A DNA stretch of 64,000 nt from Ignavibacteriales bacterium (GCA_037441705.1 JBBIRR010000012.1:1-64000), one strand, 5' to 3'; positions 9,882 through 20,033 are shown, counted from the stretch's first letter. The notes: generated by a model from the sequence alone, not told the origin. Made by a program: numbers and translations.

Positions 9882-10592
9882 ATGTCGCAAACGACCGGCA
9901 AACGACGACTCTACAAATCGCGCACAGAACGGATGATTGATGGCGTATGCGGAGGGATAGCGCAATACTTCGACCTTGACCCAACGCTTGTGCGCATCGC
10001 GTGGGTCATCCTCACGCTGCTTGGCGGCTCGGGAATTATCCTCTACATTGCCGCGATGATCATTATGCCGAAGGAACCCTATCCGGGTTCTCCGTACGGG
10101 CAGCCGCCCCCGGCGGGGCAGTCCCCATCTTCCCAAAAGAATAGTGTCTTCTGGGGAATTCTCTTGATTGTCGTCGGGTTGGTTCTCTTCTTGGACAACA
10201 TCGGTTGGGCGTTCTGGAGACCCTGGTGGTGGTTCAATGCCGACATTCTGCTTCCGATCCTTCTTATTCTGGCAGGCGTTGCGTTTCTGTGGGGTGGCCG
10301 CAATTCGTTGATGGCAACTTCTCAGGGCAGTGAGCCAGCGACATCCGAGAGCACGACATCCGAGAGCGGACCGACACCTCGGCCGGAAGTACGGAGACTC
10401 TATCGCTCATTCAACGAACGCAAGCTGTTTGGGGTTTGCGGTGGGCTTGCGGAATACTTCGACGTTGATCCGACGTTTGTGAGAATACTCTTCGTGATTG
10501 CCGCGCTTGCATCCTTTGGGATTGTCTTGCTGGCCTACATCATCTTGGCAATCATCTTGCCGAAGCAAGCACCGACGTTCCGAACATTGTAG
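9882..10592 (+). CDS. Membrane protein with two PspC domains
   Basis: Two RLY(K/R)S...GVCGG(I/L)A.YF(D).DPT repeats flanking a GILLI..G..L transmembrane segment. Confidence 0.85.
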   Translation: MSQTTGKRRLYKSRTERMIDGVCGGIAQYFDLDPTLVRIAWVILTLLGGSGIILYIAAMIIMPKEPYPGSPYGQPPPAGQSPSSQKNSVFWGILLIVVGLVLFLDNIGWAFWRPWWWFNADILLPILLILAGVAFLWGGRNSLMATSQGSEPATSESTTSESGPTPRPEVRRLYRSFNERKLFGVCGGLAEYFDVDPTFVRILFVIAALASFGIVLLAYIILAIILPKQAPTFRTL

Positions 10593-10606
10593 AAGCCGAT
10601 CCCCAC

Positions 10607-10650
10607 AAAAACACAACGTCCCGTCTCGTGATGAGACGGGACGCTTGTTC
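10607..10650. terminator. Bidirectional terminator between convergent genes
   Basis: CGTCCCGTCTC-gtgat-GAGACGGGACG 11-bp stem, A-rich left flank and T-rich right flank. Confidence 0.7.
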
Positions 10651-10666
10651 CAATCCGACGTTGAGA

Positions 10667-11185
10667 TTAGTTCCTGCTGAGCTTCCCTGACGTTGCATCC
10701 TCTGCCAGCCACATCTTTTCCACCGTGACTGCGGTTTCGGTGACAACGAACGTGATCTGAAGCTTCGCGGGTTCATCGAGCCCCTGAATGGGATACGACT
10801 TCTCCACTTTGGCAAATCCCTTTTCCCTCAACGACACAAAGTCGATGGACTCGCCGTAGAAGCTGCCGGAGTTGCCGTTCTGAAGATGATCCGCAGTTCC
10901 GCTTACGACGAGAGCCAGTTCGTATGTTTCTTCGCCTGATTGGGACAGGATGTACTGAATGCTGCCGGCCACTTCGTACTCACCGTTGGCTGCTTCGGCC
11001 GGGTGCAGGCTGAGTTGCACTTTGAAATCGTAGGAGCCATCGGGCAGGCTGCCGTTCGGACGAGAGAACGTGGGCTGGCCGCTTGCCGAAAGGTCGTTGC
11101 TGATCGGGTTAGTCATGTTGCCGTCCTGGCAGCCGAGCACCAACGCCGACACGACAATCGCGACAACAAACGAGAACTTCTTCAT
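10667..11185 (-). CDS. Hypothetical lipoprotein
   Basis: MKKFSFVVAIVVSALVLGC lipobox; AAAGGA SD upstream of ATG 11185. Confidence 0.7.
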   Translation of the reverse strand: MKKFSFVVAIVVSALVLGCQDGNMTNPISNDLSASGQPTFSRPNGSLPDGSYDFKVQLSLHPAEAANGEYEVAGSIQYILSQSGEETYELALVVSGTADHLQNGNSGSFYGESIDFVSLREKGFAKVEKSYPIQGLDEPAKLQITFVVTETAVTVEKMWLAEDATSGKLSRN

Positions 11186-11252
11186 GCTGGAATCCTTTCT
11201 TGATAATGGATGATGGTTGAGTACTTCACGTCCGTTTCTTGGCTGCTTGATG

Positions 11253-11268
11253 ACCAAACCGCGTGCCA
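11253..11268 (-). promoter_or_regulatory. Putative sigma54-type promoter (-12 variant TTGG)
   Basis: Minus strand TGGCACGCGGTTTGGT about 70 nt upstream of the lipoprotein start; IHF-like AGTCAAggagTTG at 11308-11320. Confidence 0.4.
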
Positions 11269-11472
11269 GCCGTTCGACGGAAGTTTTTTCATCAATAATC
11301 CATCATCAGTCAAGGAGTTGGTGCAAAGGCATCGTTGCTTTGTAGAAGATTCCACGTGAAGGCTCGATTCTCCGCGCTCGCAGGCTTCGACCGAAGAGGC
11401 ATGAATGTGCATCGGTGCACACGCACCCGGTGACGGGTGTCGAGGGTGGAGTGGGGTGAGGGTGAAGATTGA

Positions 11473-11505
11473 ACACCGGGAGGTGTGGGCCTCCCGGTCG
11501 TTCTT
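11473..11505 (-). terminator. Terminator hairpin after icd
   Basis: ACCGGGAGG-tgtggg-CCTCCCGGT just downstream of the icd stop. Confidence 0.55.
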
Positions 11506-11510
11506 GTGCC

Positions 11511-12764
11511 TTACATGTTTGCTATGATTGCGTCACCGAACTGTGAGCAGCGGACTTCCGTTGCGCCGTCCATCAGGCGGGCGAAGTCGTAGGTGACGAT
11601 CTTGGATCGGATGGTCTTTTCAAGCGCGGAGACGAGGAGGTCGGCGGCTTCCTTCCACCCGAAGTAGCGCAGCATCATCTCGCCGCTAAGAATGACGGAG
11701 CCGGGGTTCACTTTGTCCTGCCCCGCGTACTTCGGTGCGGTGCCGTGTGTGGCTTCGAAAACCGCGTGCCCGCTTTCGTAGTTGATGTTGCCGCCCGGCG
11801 CGATGCCGATGCCCCCCACCTGCGCCGCAAGAGCGTCGGAGATATAATCGCCATTGAGGTTGAGCGTTGCGATGACGTCGTACTCTGCCGGTCGGGTCAG
11901 GATTTGTTGTAAGAACGCGTCGGCGATGACGTCCTTGATGAGGATTTTTCCCGCGGGTGGATTGCCGCCGCATTCTTCCCACGAGACGGTCGTGTCGGGA
12001 AACTCCCTGCGGGCAAGTTCATAGCCCCAGTCGCGGAAGGCGCCTTCCGTAAACTTCATGATGTTGCCCTTGTGAACGAGCGTTACCGACTTGCGCTTGT
12101 GCGTGAGCGCGTAGTTGATGGCAGCTCGCACCAGACGCTCCGTGCCTTCTCGCGAGACAGGTTTGATGCCGATGCTGGACGATTCCGGGAAGCGAATCTT
12201 CTTCACACCCATTTCTGTTTGCAGCCAGCGAATGACTTTCTGCGCCTCGGGTGTGCCGGCCTTCCATTCGATCCCGGCATAGATATCTTCCGTATTCTCG
12301 CGAAAAATCACCATGTCGATCTGCTCCGGATGCTTGACCGGTGAGGGAACGCCCCCAAAATAACGAACGGGGCGCAGGCAGACGTACAAGTCCAACATCT
12401 GTCGCAGCGCGACGTTGATGGAGCGAATGCCTCCCCCGACCGGCGTCGTCAGCGGACCCTTGATGCCGACGATGTACTCCTTGATTGCTTCGAGGGTGTC
12501 ATCGGGAAGCCACGTGTTTTCGCCGTACACGCGGTTGGATTTCTCGCCTGCATAGACTTCAAACCAGACGATCTTGCGCTTTCCGCCATACGCTTTCGCA
12601 ACGGCCGCATCTAACACGCGCTGCGAAGCTCGCCAGATATCCGGGCCTGTTCCATCTCCTTCGATAAAGGGGACGATGGGGTGATCGGGCACGCGTAGCG
12701 TCCCGTTCACGAGTGAGATTTTCTCCCCTTCGCGGGGAGGTGTGATTTTCTTGAATGGTGCCAT
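11511..12764 (-). CDS. icd: NADP-dependent isocitrate dehydrogenase
   Basis: [50 protein letters not shown]. Confidence 0.96.
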   Translation of the reverse strand: MAPFKKITPPREGEKISLVNGTLRVPDHPIVPFIEGDGTGPDIWRASQRVLDAAVAKAYGGKRKIVWFEVYAGEKSNRVYGENTWLPDDTLEAIKEYIVGIKGPLTTPVGGGIRSINVALRQMLDLYVCLRPVRYFGGVPSPVKHPEQIDMVIFRENTEDIYAGIEWKAGTPEAQKVIRWLQTEMGVKKIRFPESSSIGIKPVSREGTERLVRAAINYALTHKRKSVTLVHKGNIMKFTEGAFRDWGYELARREFPDTTVSWEECGGNPPAGKILIKDVIADAFLQQILTRPAEYDVIATLNLNGDYISDALAAQVGGIGIAPGGNINYESGHAVFEATHGTAPKYAGQDKVNPGSVILSGEMMLRYFGWKEAADLLVSALEKTIRSKIVTYDFARLMDGATEVRCSQFGDAIIANM

Positions 12765-12810
12765 ACATGCTTCTCCTTCTGTTCAAAGCGCCGCATACGG
12801 ACGCGGCAGA

Positions 12811-13233
12811 TTATGGTTCGATACAGCGTCTGATCCTGTCGGCATACTCCGCCATCGCGGTGCCTGTGTATTTCTTCAGTTGAAGGACGAACTTGATGTC
12901 GTCGTTGGCATAGCGCGGCGTTACGTGCATGTGGAAATGGAACACGGATTGCCCCGCTATCCTGCCGTTGTTCGAAAAGATGTTGAATCCATCCAGCTGC
13001 AGGCTCTTGACGATGGCGCGAGCTACGATTTGCGTTGCCCGAAGCACATCGTGCAGATCCTCCTCCCGCACGTGGAGAAAATCCGGGCAATGGCGCTTCG
13101 GGATCACGAGCGCATGACCGTAATGAATGGGATTAATGTCGAGAATGGCGATGACGTTGTCATTCTCGAACAGGATCTCCGCAGGCAGTTGATGGCGTGC
13201 GATCTTGCAAAAGACGCAGTCCGCTGAGGTCAT
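12811..13233 (-). CDS. HIT-family nucleotide hydrolase
   Basis: CVFCKI at the N-terminus, GHALVIPKRH, AGQSVFHFHMHV histidine triad; start taken at ATG 13233. Confidence 0.9.
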   Translation of the reverse strand: MTSADCVFCKIARHQLPAEILFENDNVIAILDINPIHYGHALVIPKRHCPDFLHVREEDLHDVLRATQIVARAIVKSLQLDGFNIFSNNGRIAGQSVFHFHMHVTPRYANDDIKFVLQLKKYTGTAMAEYADRIRRCIEP

Positions 13234-13576
13234 GACCCTACCCGTACCGGCGTGCCCGACCGGCAAACACATGCTTTCCGAAGTCTCATGGGCGTCAAGC
13301 GTGAAGAAGGCAGGAGGAAGAAGGCAGAGTTTGCAACGGATGAGCAACCTTCTTGTGATTATCAAACAACAGTCATCAGTCACACACAACTTACGCAAAT
13401 GCTCATGGAAAGTCAACGCGCAGGTGTCATCATATTCTCCTTGCAATTCTCCTGAGGCGTGACTATCTTTTTCCAGTTTGTTTTCACAACGCCACGGTTC
13501 CCTTCCGATTTCAACTACAGCATTTTGTTGTTCGTCTCGCACATACCAGACACCCATTGCATGCACATGAGGCAGT

Positions 13577-14482
13577 ATGTCTCTGTTCAATAAGTTTGTT
13601 GTCGGGAGTTTGCCGCTCGTTCCCCGGCCTATTGTTCGAAGATTCGCCAGCCGCTACATCGCCGGTGAGACACTCGATGAGGCAATCAGGTGTGTTCGTC
13701 AGATCAACCGCGAAGGCGCATGCGCTACGCTTGATGTGTTGGGCGAGGACGTTTTCACGCAGGAAGAAGCAATCGAGTCACGCAACCGCTCCATCGAAGT
13801 TCTCCGCGCAATTACGCGGGAGAAGATTGATTCCAATCTTTCCATCAAGCTGACCTCCCTCGGTTTGAAGCTCAACAAGGAGTTTTGCACAGAAAACGTT
13901 CGTGAAATTCTCAAGGCGGCCGCGGAGGAGAACATCTTCGTGCGGTTCGATATGGAGGACTCTTCCTGCACGACCGATACGATTGATATCTTCCGCAGGC
14001 TTCATCAGCAGTATCGCAACATCGGCATCGTCCTTCAGGCCTATCTCTTCCGGACGGAGAAGGATGCCAGAGACTTGATCGCCGGCGGCATGAAGAATTT
14101 CCGTCTGTGCAAGGGCATCTACAAGGAGCCGGCCTCGATAGCGTTTCAGGGGCGAGAGGAGGTGCAACAGAATTTTCTGAAGGTTCTCCGTCTGATGTTT
14201 GAGATGGGCTGCTACGTGGGCATCGCAACGCATGATAGCGTGCTGGTCGATGGTGCGAAAGCGATGGTCAACGAGTTCGGGCTGCAGAAGAACCAGTATG
14301 AGTTTCAGATGCTGCTGGGCGTGCGGCCCGAACTGCGGAAGTCCTTGGTGAATGAAGGGCAGAAAGTGCGTCTGTACGTTCCCTTTGGCGAAAGCTGGTA
14401 CGCCTACTCGATGCGTCGTTTCAAGGAGAACCCGGAAATTGCCGGCTATGTGGCGCGTGCGGTGTTCATGAGGAATAAGTAA
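13577..14482 (+). CDS. Monofunctional proline dehydrogenase
   Basis: YIAGE, RFDMEDS, LQAYL, RLCKGIY, IATHD, EFQML, YVPFG...Y..RR. Confidence 0.92.
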   Translation: MSLFNKFVVGSLPLVPRPIVRRFASRYIAGETLDEAIRCVRQINREGACATLDVLGEDVFTQEEAIESRNRSIEVLRAITREKIDSNLSIKLTSLGLKLNKEFCTENVREILKAAAEENIFVRFDMEDSSCTTDTIDIFRRLHQQYRNIGIVLQAYLFRTEKDARDLIAGGMKNFRLCKGIYKEPASIAFQGREEVQQNFLKVLRLMFEMGCYVGIATHDSVLVDGAKAMVNEFGLQKNQYEFQMLLGVRPELRKSLVNEGQKVRLYVPFGESWYAYSMRRFKENPEIAGYVARAVFMRNK

Positions 14483-14578
14483 TGCCGGTTGGGTTCACTC
14501 TGGAAGCGGATACGTGGCGAGACCGAAGGTTGAACCCATATCATAATCTCTACCGTCAACTCATCATAAGGAGATCCT

Positions 14579-16621
14579 ATGGCTGACGTTGGAACCACCC
14601 AATCCCCCGTGCGGTACCGACCGTACGTCCCTGCCGAAACCGATATAAAGGAGTTCACCATCCGCGCGCTGGTTATCGGACTCATCATGTCCGTTGTGCT
14701 GGGTGCAGCGAATGCCTATCTCGGTCTGAAGGCGGGCATGACGATCGCCGCAACGTACCCGGCCGCAGTCATCGGCATGGCGCTGCTGCGCATTATGAAA
14801 GGCTCGATTCTGGAAGAGAATTTTGCGCGCACGGTCGGCTCCATCGGCGAGTCGGTTGCGGCAGGCGCAATCTTTACGCTTCCTGCATTCTTCATTGCCG
14901 GCATTTGGCCGGAGTTTGCGACAACGCAACACTACCTCGAATCCACCGCCATCATGCTTGCCGGAGGCGTGCTCGGCATTATGTTCGTTGCACTGCTTCG
15001 GCGCGTGATGGTGGAAGATGTCGAGCTGCCATTTCCCGAGTCGGTTGCCGCGTCGGAAATTCACAAAGCAGGTCGGACGGGAGGTACGGGAGCGAAATTT
15101 CTGTTCGGCGCAATGGGTGTCGGTGCATTCATTCAGGCGCTCGGACAATTTCGCTTCTTTGCAACCACGTGGGAACATTTCGTTTCCTTCAGCAAGTCGG
15201 TCATCCCCTTGCGATCCAGCGGCGAGGTAACGGCGCAAAGCGGTATGTTGCTCAGCTCTCCCGGTGTCAGTCCGGCCTACATTGGCGTCGGTTACATCAT
15301 CGGGCCAAAACTTGCCTCATTGAATTTTAGCGGCGGATTGGTTGCGTGGGGACTCTTCGTTCCCATCCTGACGTACTTCATCGGGCCGTCGCTCATTGAT
15401 CTCAACGCCCCGCACGACGATGCAACCTGGGTGGGTCTGGCCAACAACGTGTGGCGCTACATCGTCCGGCCCATTGCCATCGGCGGGATGTTGATGAGTG
15501 CGGGATTCACCCTCTTCAGAATGCGAAAGAGTCTTGCCGCGGGCCTGGCGCGTTCGATCAGCGACGTCAAGAAGGCCGCCACAGGTGAGCATGTTACGAT
15601 TCGCACGGAGCAAGACCTCAGCTTCAAGTGGGTCATGACCGGCGTCGGCGCTGCGGCGGTAGCGACCTTCTTTATCTATAACTATTTCGCTCAGGATGTT
15701 GCCGCGGCACTGGTGGCAACCGTCGTCATGGTTATCGCGGGTTTCTTCTTTGCTGCTGTCTCCGGCTACCTCGTCGGCATCATCGGTTCGAGCAACAATC
15801 CCATTAGCGGACTGACACTTTCTACGCTTCTTGTTGCTGCGCTCCTGATGGTGGCGCTGGGAATGAAAGGTGCGCCGGGGGTGGCTGCCGTGCTTGGCGT
15901 TGCCGCAGTGGTGTGCGTGGCGGCGGCGGTCGCGGGCGAAATGTTACAGGATCTCAAAGTCGGACACATTCTTGGCGGCACGCCGTGGAAAATGCAGGTG
16001 GGCGATCTGTTCGGCATTGCTGTTGCCGCCGTGGTGATGTTTCTGCCGCTGGTCGTTTTGCATCAAGGCGACATCAACACGGGCGGAGCCGGTTTTGGCG
16101 GGCGCAATCTTCCAGCCCCACAGGCAAGTTTGATGGCGCTGCTGTCGCAGGGAATCGTCGGCGGGCAAATGGCGTGGCCGCTCATCATCGTCGGCATGCT
16201 GATGGGCTTCGGGTTCATCCTCATGCAAGTCAAAAGTCCGATGCTTGTATGCGTGGGCATGTACCTTCCGCTCGAAACCACGTTCGCGATTTTCATCGGC
16301 GGATTGATCAAGGGCGTCGTGGAGCGGGCGAACGCGCGACGACAGCACAACGACGCGCAGAAAGCTCGCGTCGAAAATACCGGTGTGCTTCTGGCTGCTG
16401 GCTTGATCGCGGGGGAAGCACTAATCGGGTTGCTCTTTGCGGGACTTGCTTTCTTTGAAGTGCCGTATCAAGGTTTCTTCCCGTCCCTGATCAGCGCGCT
16501 GCCGCTTCCGTTCTCGGTCAGCCTTCTCGTGTTCGTGGCGATCGCCTGGATTCTGATTCGTATCCCCATCAAGAACGCAGGCAGGCCCGATGAGCCGGCT
16601 CCGCCCAGCGCGGTGATGTAG
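14579..16621 (+). CDS. OPT-family oligopeptide transporter
   Basis: EFTIRAL, YLGLKAG, LPFPES, GSSNNPISG, QDLKVG, PAPQA; many TM segments. Confidence 0.92.
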   Translation: MADVGTTQSPVRYRPYVPAETDIKEFTIRALVIGLIMSVVLGAANAYLGLKAGMTIAATYPAAVIGMALLRIMKGSILEENFARTVGSIGESVAAGAIFTLPAFFIAGIWPEFATTQHYLESTAIMLAGGVLGIMFVALLRRVMVEDVELPFPESVAASEIHKAGRTGGTGAKFLFGAMGVGAFIQALGQFRFFATTWEHFVSFSKSVIPLRSSGEVTAQSGMLLSSPGVSPAYIGVGYIIGPKLASLNFSGGLVAWGLFVPILTYFIGPSLIDLNAPHDDATWVGLANNVWRYIVRPIAIGGMLMSAGFTLFRMRKSLAAGLARSISDVKKAATGEHVTIRTEQDLSFKWVMTGVGAAAVATFFIYNYFAQDVAAALVATVVMVIAGFFFAAVSGYLVGIIGSSNNPISGLTLSTLLVAALLMVALGMKGAPGVAAVLGVAAVVCVAAAVAGEMLQDLKVGHILGGTPWKMQVGDLFGIAVAAVVMFLPLVVLHQGDINTGGAGFGGRNLPAPQASLMALLSQGIVGGQMAWPLIIVGMLMGFGFILMQVKSPMLVCVGMYLPLETTFAIFIGGLIKGVVERANARRQHNDAQKARVENTGVLLAAGLIAGEALIGLLFAGLAFFEVPYQGFFPSLISALPLPFSVSLLVFVAIAWILIRIPIKNAGRPDEPAPPSAVM

Positions 16622-16730
16622 AACGAAGTTGCAATCGGCAAGCTCCAAAGAACCTCTCGGAACACGAGCTTGAGAATTCTTCTGGAGCTTGACTTCTTCC
16701 CCGAACCGGCGGATAGAGCGTTGATGATGT

Positions 16731-17072
16731 ATGGAACAAGAACAATTCTTGAATCTGCTTGAGCTTAGGCCGCAGCGGAATCTCCGATGGGAGATGGGCG
16801 AGAACGGCCTCGTCACGCTGATTGTCCCGAAGTTCAAGAACAAGTATGTTGTAAAGTGGTTTGTACCGTTGCTGGCCAAACCGAACATCAAAGTGAAACT
16901 GGATGCCTTGGGCAGTTTCGTCTGGAGCAGATGCGACGGCCAGACTTCGGTGGAACAAATCGGTCGGGACATGACGGAGGCCTTCGGCGAGCCGTTAGAA
17001 CAACTGTACGACAGGATTGGCCGCTTCCTTGCGAAGCTGGCCAAAGATAAGTTTGTTATATTGACATCATGA
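16731..17072 (+). CDS. Stand-alone PqqD/RRE-like protein
   Basis: KLDALGSFVWSRCDGQTSVEQI winged-helix signature. Confidence 0.8.
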   Translation: MEQEQFLNLLELRPQRNLRWEMGENGLVTLIVPKFKNKYVVKWFVPLLAKPNIKVKLDALGSFVWSRCDGQTSVEQIGRDMTEAFGEPLEQLYDRIGRFLAKLAKDKFVILTS

Positions 17073-17185
17073 TCTTGCGCGAGGCGAAACGGAGGATCCA
17101 CTCTCTCGCAATCATCATGTGATTCACATGCTCGATCACTCCTGATCATGAACAAGAACTCATCTCAGCTTGAAAGGAGCATCAA

Positions 17186-18640
17186 ATGAACCCGGCAATT
17201 GAAGGACTCAAACCCGAACTCGTCTGGAAATACTTTGCGGAAATCTGCACGATTCCTCGCCCCTCGAAGCATGAGGAGAAAATGACGAACTACGTTCTTG
17301 GCAAAGCCAAGGAGTTTGGGCTGGAAGCAAAGAAAGACAAGTACGGCAACGTCGTCGTGCGCAAACCCGCTTCGCCAGGACGCGAACATGTGCGCATGAT
17401 CTGCTTGCAGGGCCATCTCGACATGGTGGCGGAGAAGAACAAAGATAAAGTGCATGACTTTCTGAAGGATCCGATTGAACTGGTTCGCAAAGGAAATGTG
17501 CTGATGGCCAACGGCACGACACTCGGTGCGGATAACGGCATTGCTGTCGCGACAAATCTTGCCATCATGGAGGATAAGTCGCTGGAACACGGTCCGCTCG
17601 AGTTCCTCTTCACGGTCGATGAGGAGACGGGCTTGACGGGCGCCAGCAATCTTTCACCCGGATTTCTCCAGAGCAAAACGATGCTTAATCTCGACTCCGA
17701 AGAGGAAGGCTCGATCTATGTCGGCTGCGCAGGCGGGCGCGATACGACCTCGACATGGAAGCTCGCATTCGACGCAGCACCCCGTGACACCGTGGCGGCG
17801 ACGGTTTCCGTTAAGGGGCTGAAAGGCGGCCATTCAGGACTGGAGATCGATAAGGGACGAGGCAACGCCATCAAGATTCTCAACCGTGCTTTGCTGCAAC
17901 TGGACAAACTCGGCGCTCGTCTCTCCAGCATGGAAGGAGGCAACAAGCACAACGCCATTCCTCGAGAAGCCGACGCTCTAGTCTTCATTCCGAAAAAGAA
18001 GTGGAAGGCAGCAGCGGCGGCCATCGAGAAGTTCAATGCCGTTGCGCGAGCCGAGCTTTCCACAGTTGATCCCGACTTGAGTGTTTCGATCACCGAGACA
18101 TCAGTAAAGAAAGGAAAAGTGATCAAGAAAAAACTCCAGGATCAGATACTCAAGACGATTTCAGGGTTGCCGCACGGCGTGATCAAGATGAGTGCGGATA
18201 TTCCGGGACTGGTCGAGACTTCGACGAACGTAGCCGTCATTCGGACGGAAAAGGCAAAGATGGTTCTTGTCACCAGCCAGCGCAGCTCGGTGATGAGCGA
18301 GTTGGATGAGATTCAGCATTCCGTTGCTTCGATTTCCGAGTTGGGCGGCGCACAGGTGAAGACCGGCGACGGCTATCCGGGCTGGAAGCCGAACCTCGAT
18401 TCCGACATCCTTAAAGTCGCAAAGGCCACCTACAGACAACTGTATGGCAAAGAGCCCGAGATCAAGGCCATTCATGCCGGCCTCGAGTGCGGCATCATCG
18501 GCGAAAAGATGCAGGGAATGGATATGATTTCCTTCGGTCCGACTCTCGAAGGCGTTCACTCGCCGGATGAGAAAATCTATATTGATACGGTGGAGAAGTT
18601 CTGGAACTTCCTGCTGGCCATATTGCGGAATGTCAACTGA
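17186..18640 (+). CDS. pepD: Aminoacyl-histidine dipeptidase (M20C)
   Basis: LQGHLDMV, TTLGADNGIA, TVDEETGLTGA, GGHSG, IHAGLECG, HSPDE. Confidence 0.92.
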   Translation: MNPAIEGLKPELVWKYFAEICTIPRPSKHEEKMTNYVLGKAKEFGLEAKKDKYGNVVVRKPASPGREHVRMICLQGHLDMVAEKNKDKVHDFLKDPIELVRKGNVLMANGTTLGADNGIAVATNLAIMEDKSLEHGPLEFLFTVDEETGLTGASNLSPGFLQSKTMLNLDSEEEGSIYVGCAGGRDTTSTWKLAFDAAPRDTVAATVSVKGLKGGHSGLEIDKGRGNAIKILNRALLQLDKLGARLSSMEGGNKHNAIPREADALVFIPKKKWKAAAAAIEKFNAVARAELSTVDPDLSVSITETSVKKGKVIKKKLQDQILKTISGLPHGVIKMSADIPGLVETSTNVAVIRTEKAKMVLVTSQRSSVMSELDEIQHSVASISELGGAQVKTGDGYPGWKPNLDSDILKVAKATYRQLYGKEPEIKAIHAGLECGIIGEKMQGMDMISFGPTLEGVHSPDEKIYIDTVEKFWNFLLAILRNVN

Positions 18641-18676
18641 GATCTTCGAGAAGCCGTCACACGATAACTTGCTGTC

Positions 18677-20008
18677 ATGACAGTCCCTCTTGCTGGTGAT
18701 CCATCTCGCCCCGAGCCGCCGCGCACGTACCGGTGGCTCGTTCTCTTCATCATCAGTCTGCCGATGTTCGGCAACTACTATATCTACGACAGCATCAATC
18801 CGTTGACGGACATCTTTCAGCAGCAACTGGGATTCACGGACTCGCAGATAGGGTGGCTGAATTCCAGTTACAGCGTTGCAGCCGTCGTCACGCTGTTGTT
18901 GGGTGGCATCATCATTGATCGTCTCGGCGTGAGAAAGGCAATCCTTCTGTTTTCTTCCATCTGTGCTGTTGCCGCGCTGCTCAGCGCCATCAGCGACAGT
19001 TTTGTGACGATGGCTGTTGGTCGCACGGTGTTGGGTCTTGGCGCTGAGTCGCTCATCGTCGCGGTGACGACTGCTCTGGCAAAGTGGTTCAAGGGGAAGG
19101 AGTTGAGTTTTGCATTCGGCGTTAACCTCTTGATTGCGCGCCTTGCGTCGGTGGCAGCCGATAACTCGCCCACGTGGGCCGCGTTTGCCTTCTATCCCAA
19201 CGGTCCGGCTGCACCCCCGTCCTGGCAAGGCCCACTGTGGCTTGCCTTTGGTGCGGGACTCGTTTGCGTTATCAGCGCGGCTGCGTATTGGTGGATGGAA
19301 AACTACGCAACCCAGAAGTACCAACTCGGCAGGGCAGGGGCAGTGGACAAGTTGGAGATTGGCGCGGGCATGTTCAAGTACAGCAGGTCATACTGGTTCA
19401 TCGTCGGATTATGCTTTACGTTCTACTCAGCCATCTTTCCCTTCCGAACATTTGCCGTGAAATTCTTCCAGCACACGCATGCGATCTCGTTACAGGAAGC
19501 AGGATTCTTCAACAGTTTGCTTCCGCTCTCGGCGATGATAGCAACGCCTCTTTTTGGATTGTTGGTCGATCGCGTCGGCAAGCGGGCGTTGTTCATGCTC
19601 TTCGGATCGCTGTTGTTGTTCCCCGTGTATCTCTTGATGCTGAGTCCTGCGATAACCCTCTGGCTGCCGACGGTGATGATGGGAATTGCCTTCTCACTCA
19701 TTCCGGCGGTGATGTGGCCTTCGGTTGCCTACATCGTTGATGAGCGACGTCTCGGCACGGCCTACGCGTTGATGACGCTGATTCAGCAGATCGGGTTCTT
19801 CGCTCTCAACTGGCTCATCGGCGCGGCCAATGACTCGCAGGGGGCGAGTGCCGCGCATCCCGACGGTTACGCTCTGGGAATGTATCTGTTTTCTCTCCTC
19901 GGCTTTCTGGGATTACTCTTCTCGTATCTGCTGCGCCGCAGCGAGACGGGTCCCGGCGGCCACGGGTTGGAAACCATCACCGTCAGGTCTTCCCACGCAG
20001 CGCCGTGA
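18677..20008 (+). CDS. MFS transporter, MFSD1-like
   Basis: About 12 TM; FGNYYIYD, GR..LGLGAESL, WFKGKELSFAFG..L..AR. Confidence 0.85.
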   Translation: MTVPLAGDPSRPEPPRTYRWLVLFIISLPMFGNYYIYDSINPLTDIFQQQLGFTDSQIGWLNSSYSVAAVVTLLLGGIIIDRLGVRKAILLFSSICAVAALLSAISDSFVTMAVGRTVLGLGAESLIVAVTTALAKWFKGKELSFAFGVNLLIARLASVAADNSPTWAAFAFYPNGPAAPPSWQGPLWLAFGAGLVCVISAAAYWWMENYATQKYQLGRAGAVDKLEIGAGMFKYSRSYWFIVGLCFTFYSAIFPFRTFAVKFFQHTHAISLQEAGFFNSLLPLSAMIATPLFGLLVDRVGKRALFMLFGSLLLFPVYLLMLSPAITLWLPTVMMGIAFSLIPAVMWPSVAYIVDERRLGTAYALMTLIQQIGFFALNWLIGAANDSQGASAAHPDGYALGMYLFSLLGFLGLLFSYLLRRSETGPGGHGLETITVRSSHAAP

Positions 20009-20033
20009 CACGCATTCACCGAAGGGAGGGGAG

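Noticed and set aside
10339-10368. Direct repeat CGACATCCGAGAGC x2 in the PspC gene
   Set aside because: Encodes a low-complexity TSES linker; an ordinary slippage duplication.
12811-13590. Long upstream-extended ORF starts (HIT 13590, also rplM 5444, pyrH 8370, GlcD 58117, NamZ 43045)
   Set aside because: The extensions overlap neighbours or intergenic signals and precede the family-typical N-termini; downstream starts were used.
16639-16691. Inverted repeat CAAGCTCCA...TGGAGCTTG between OPT and PqqD
   Set aside because: Only 9 bp with a 35-nt loop and no U tract; cannot be told from chance.
16731-17072. RiPP or PQQ biosynthetic cluster
   Set aside because: No precursor peptide, radical SAM/SPASM enzyme or other pqq genes nearby.
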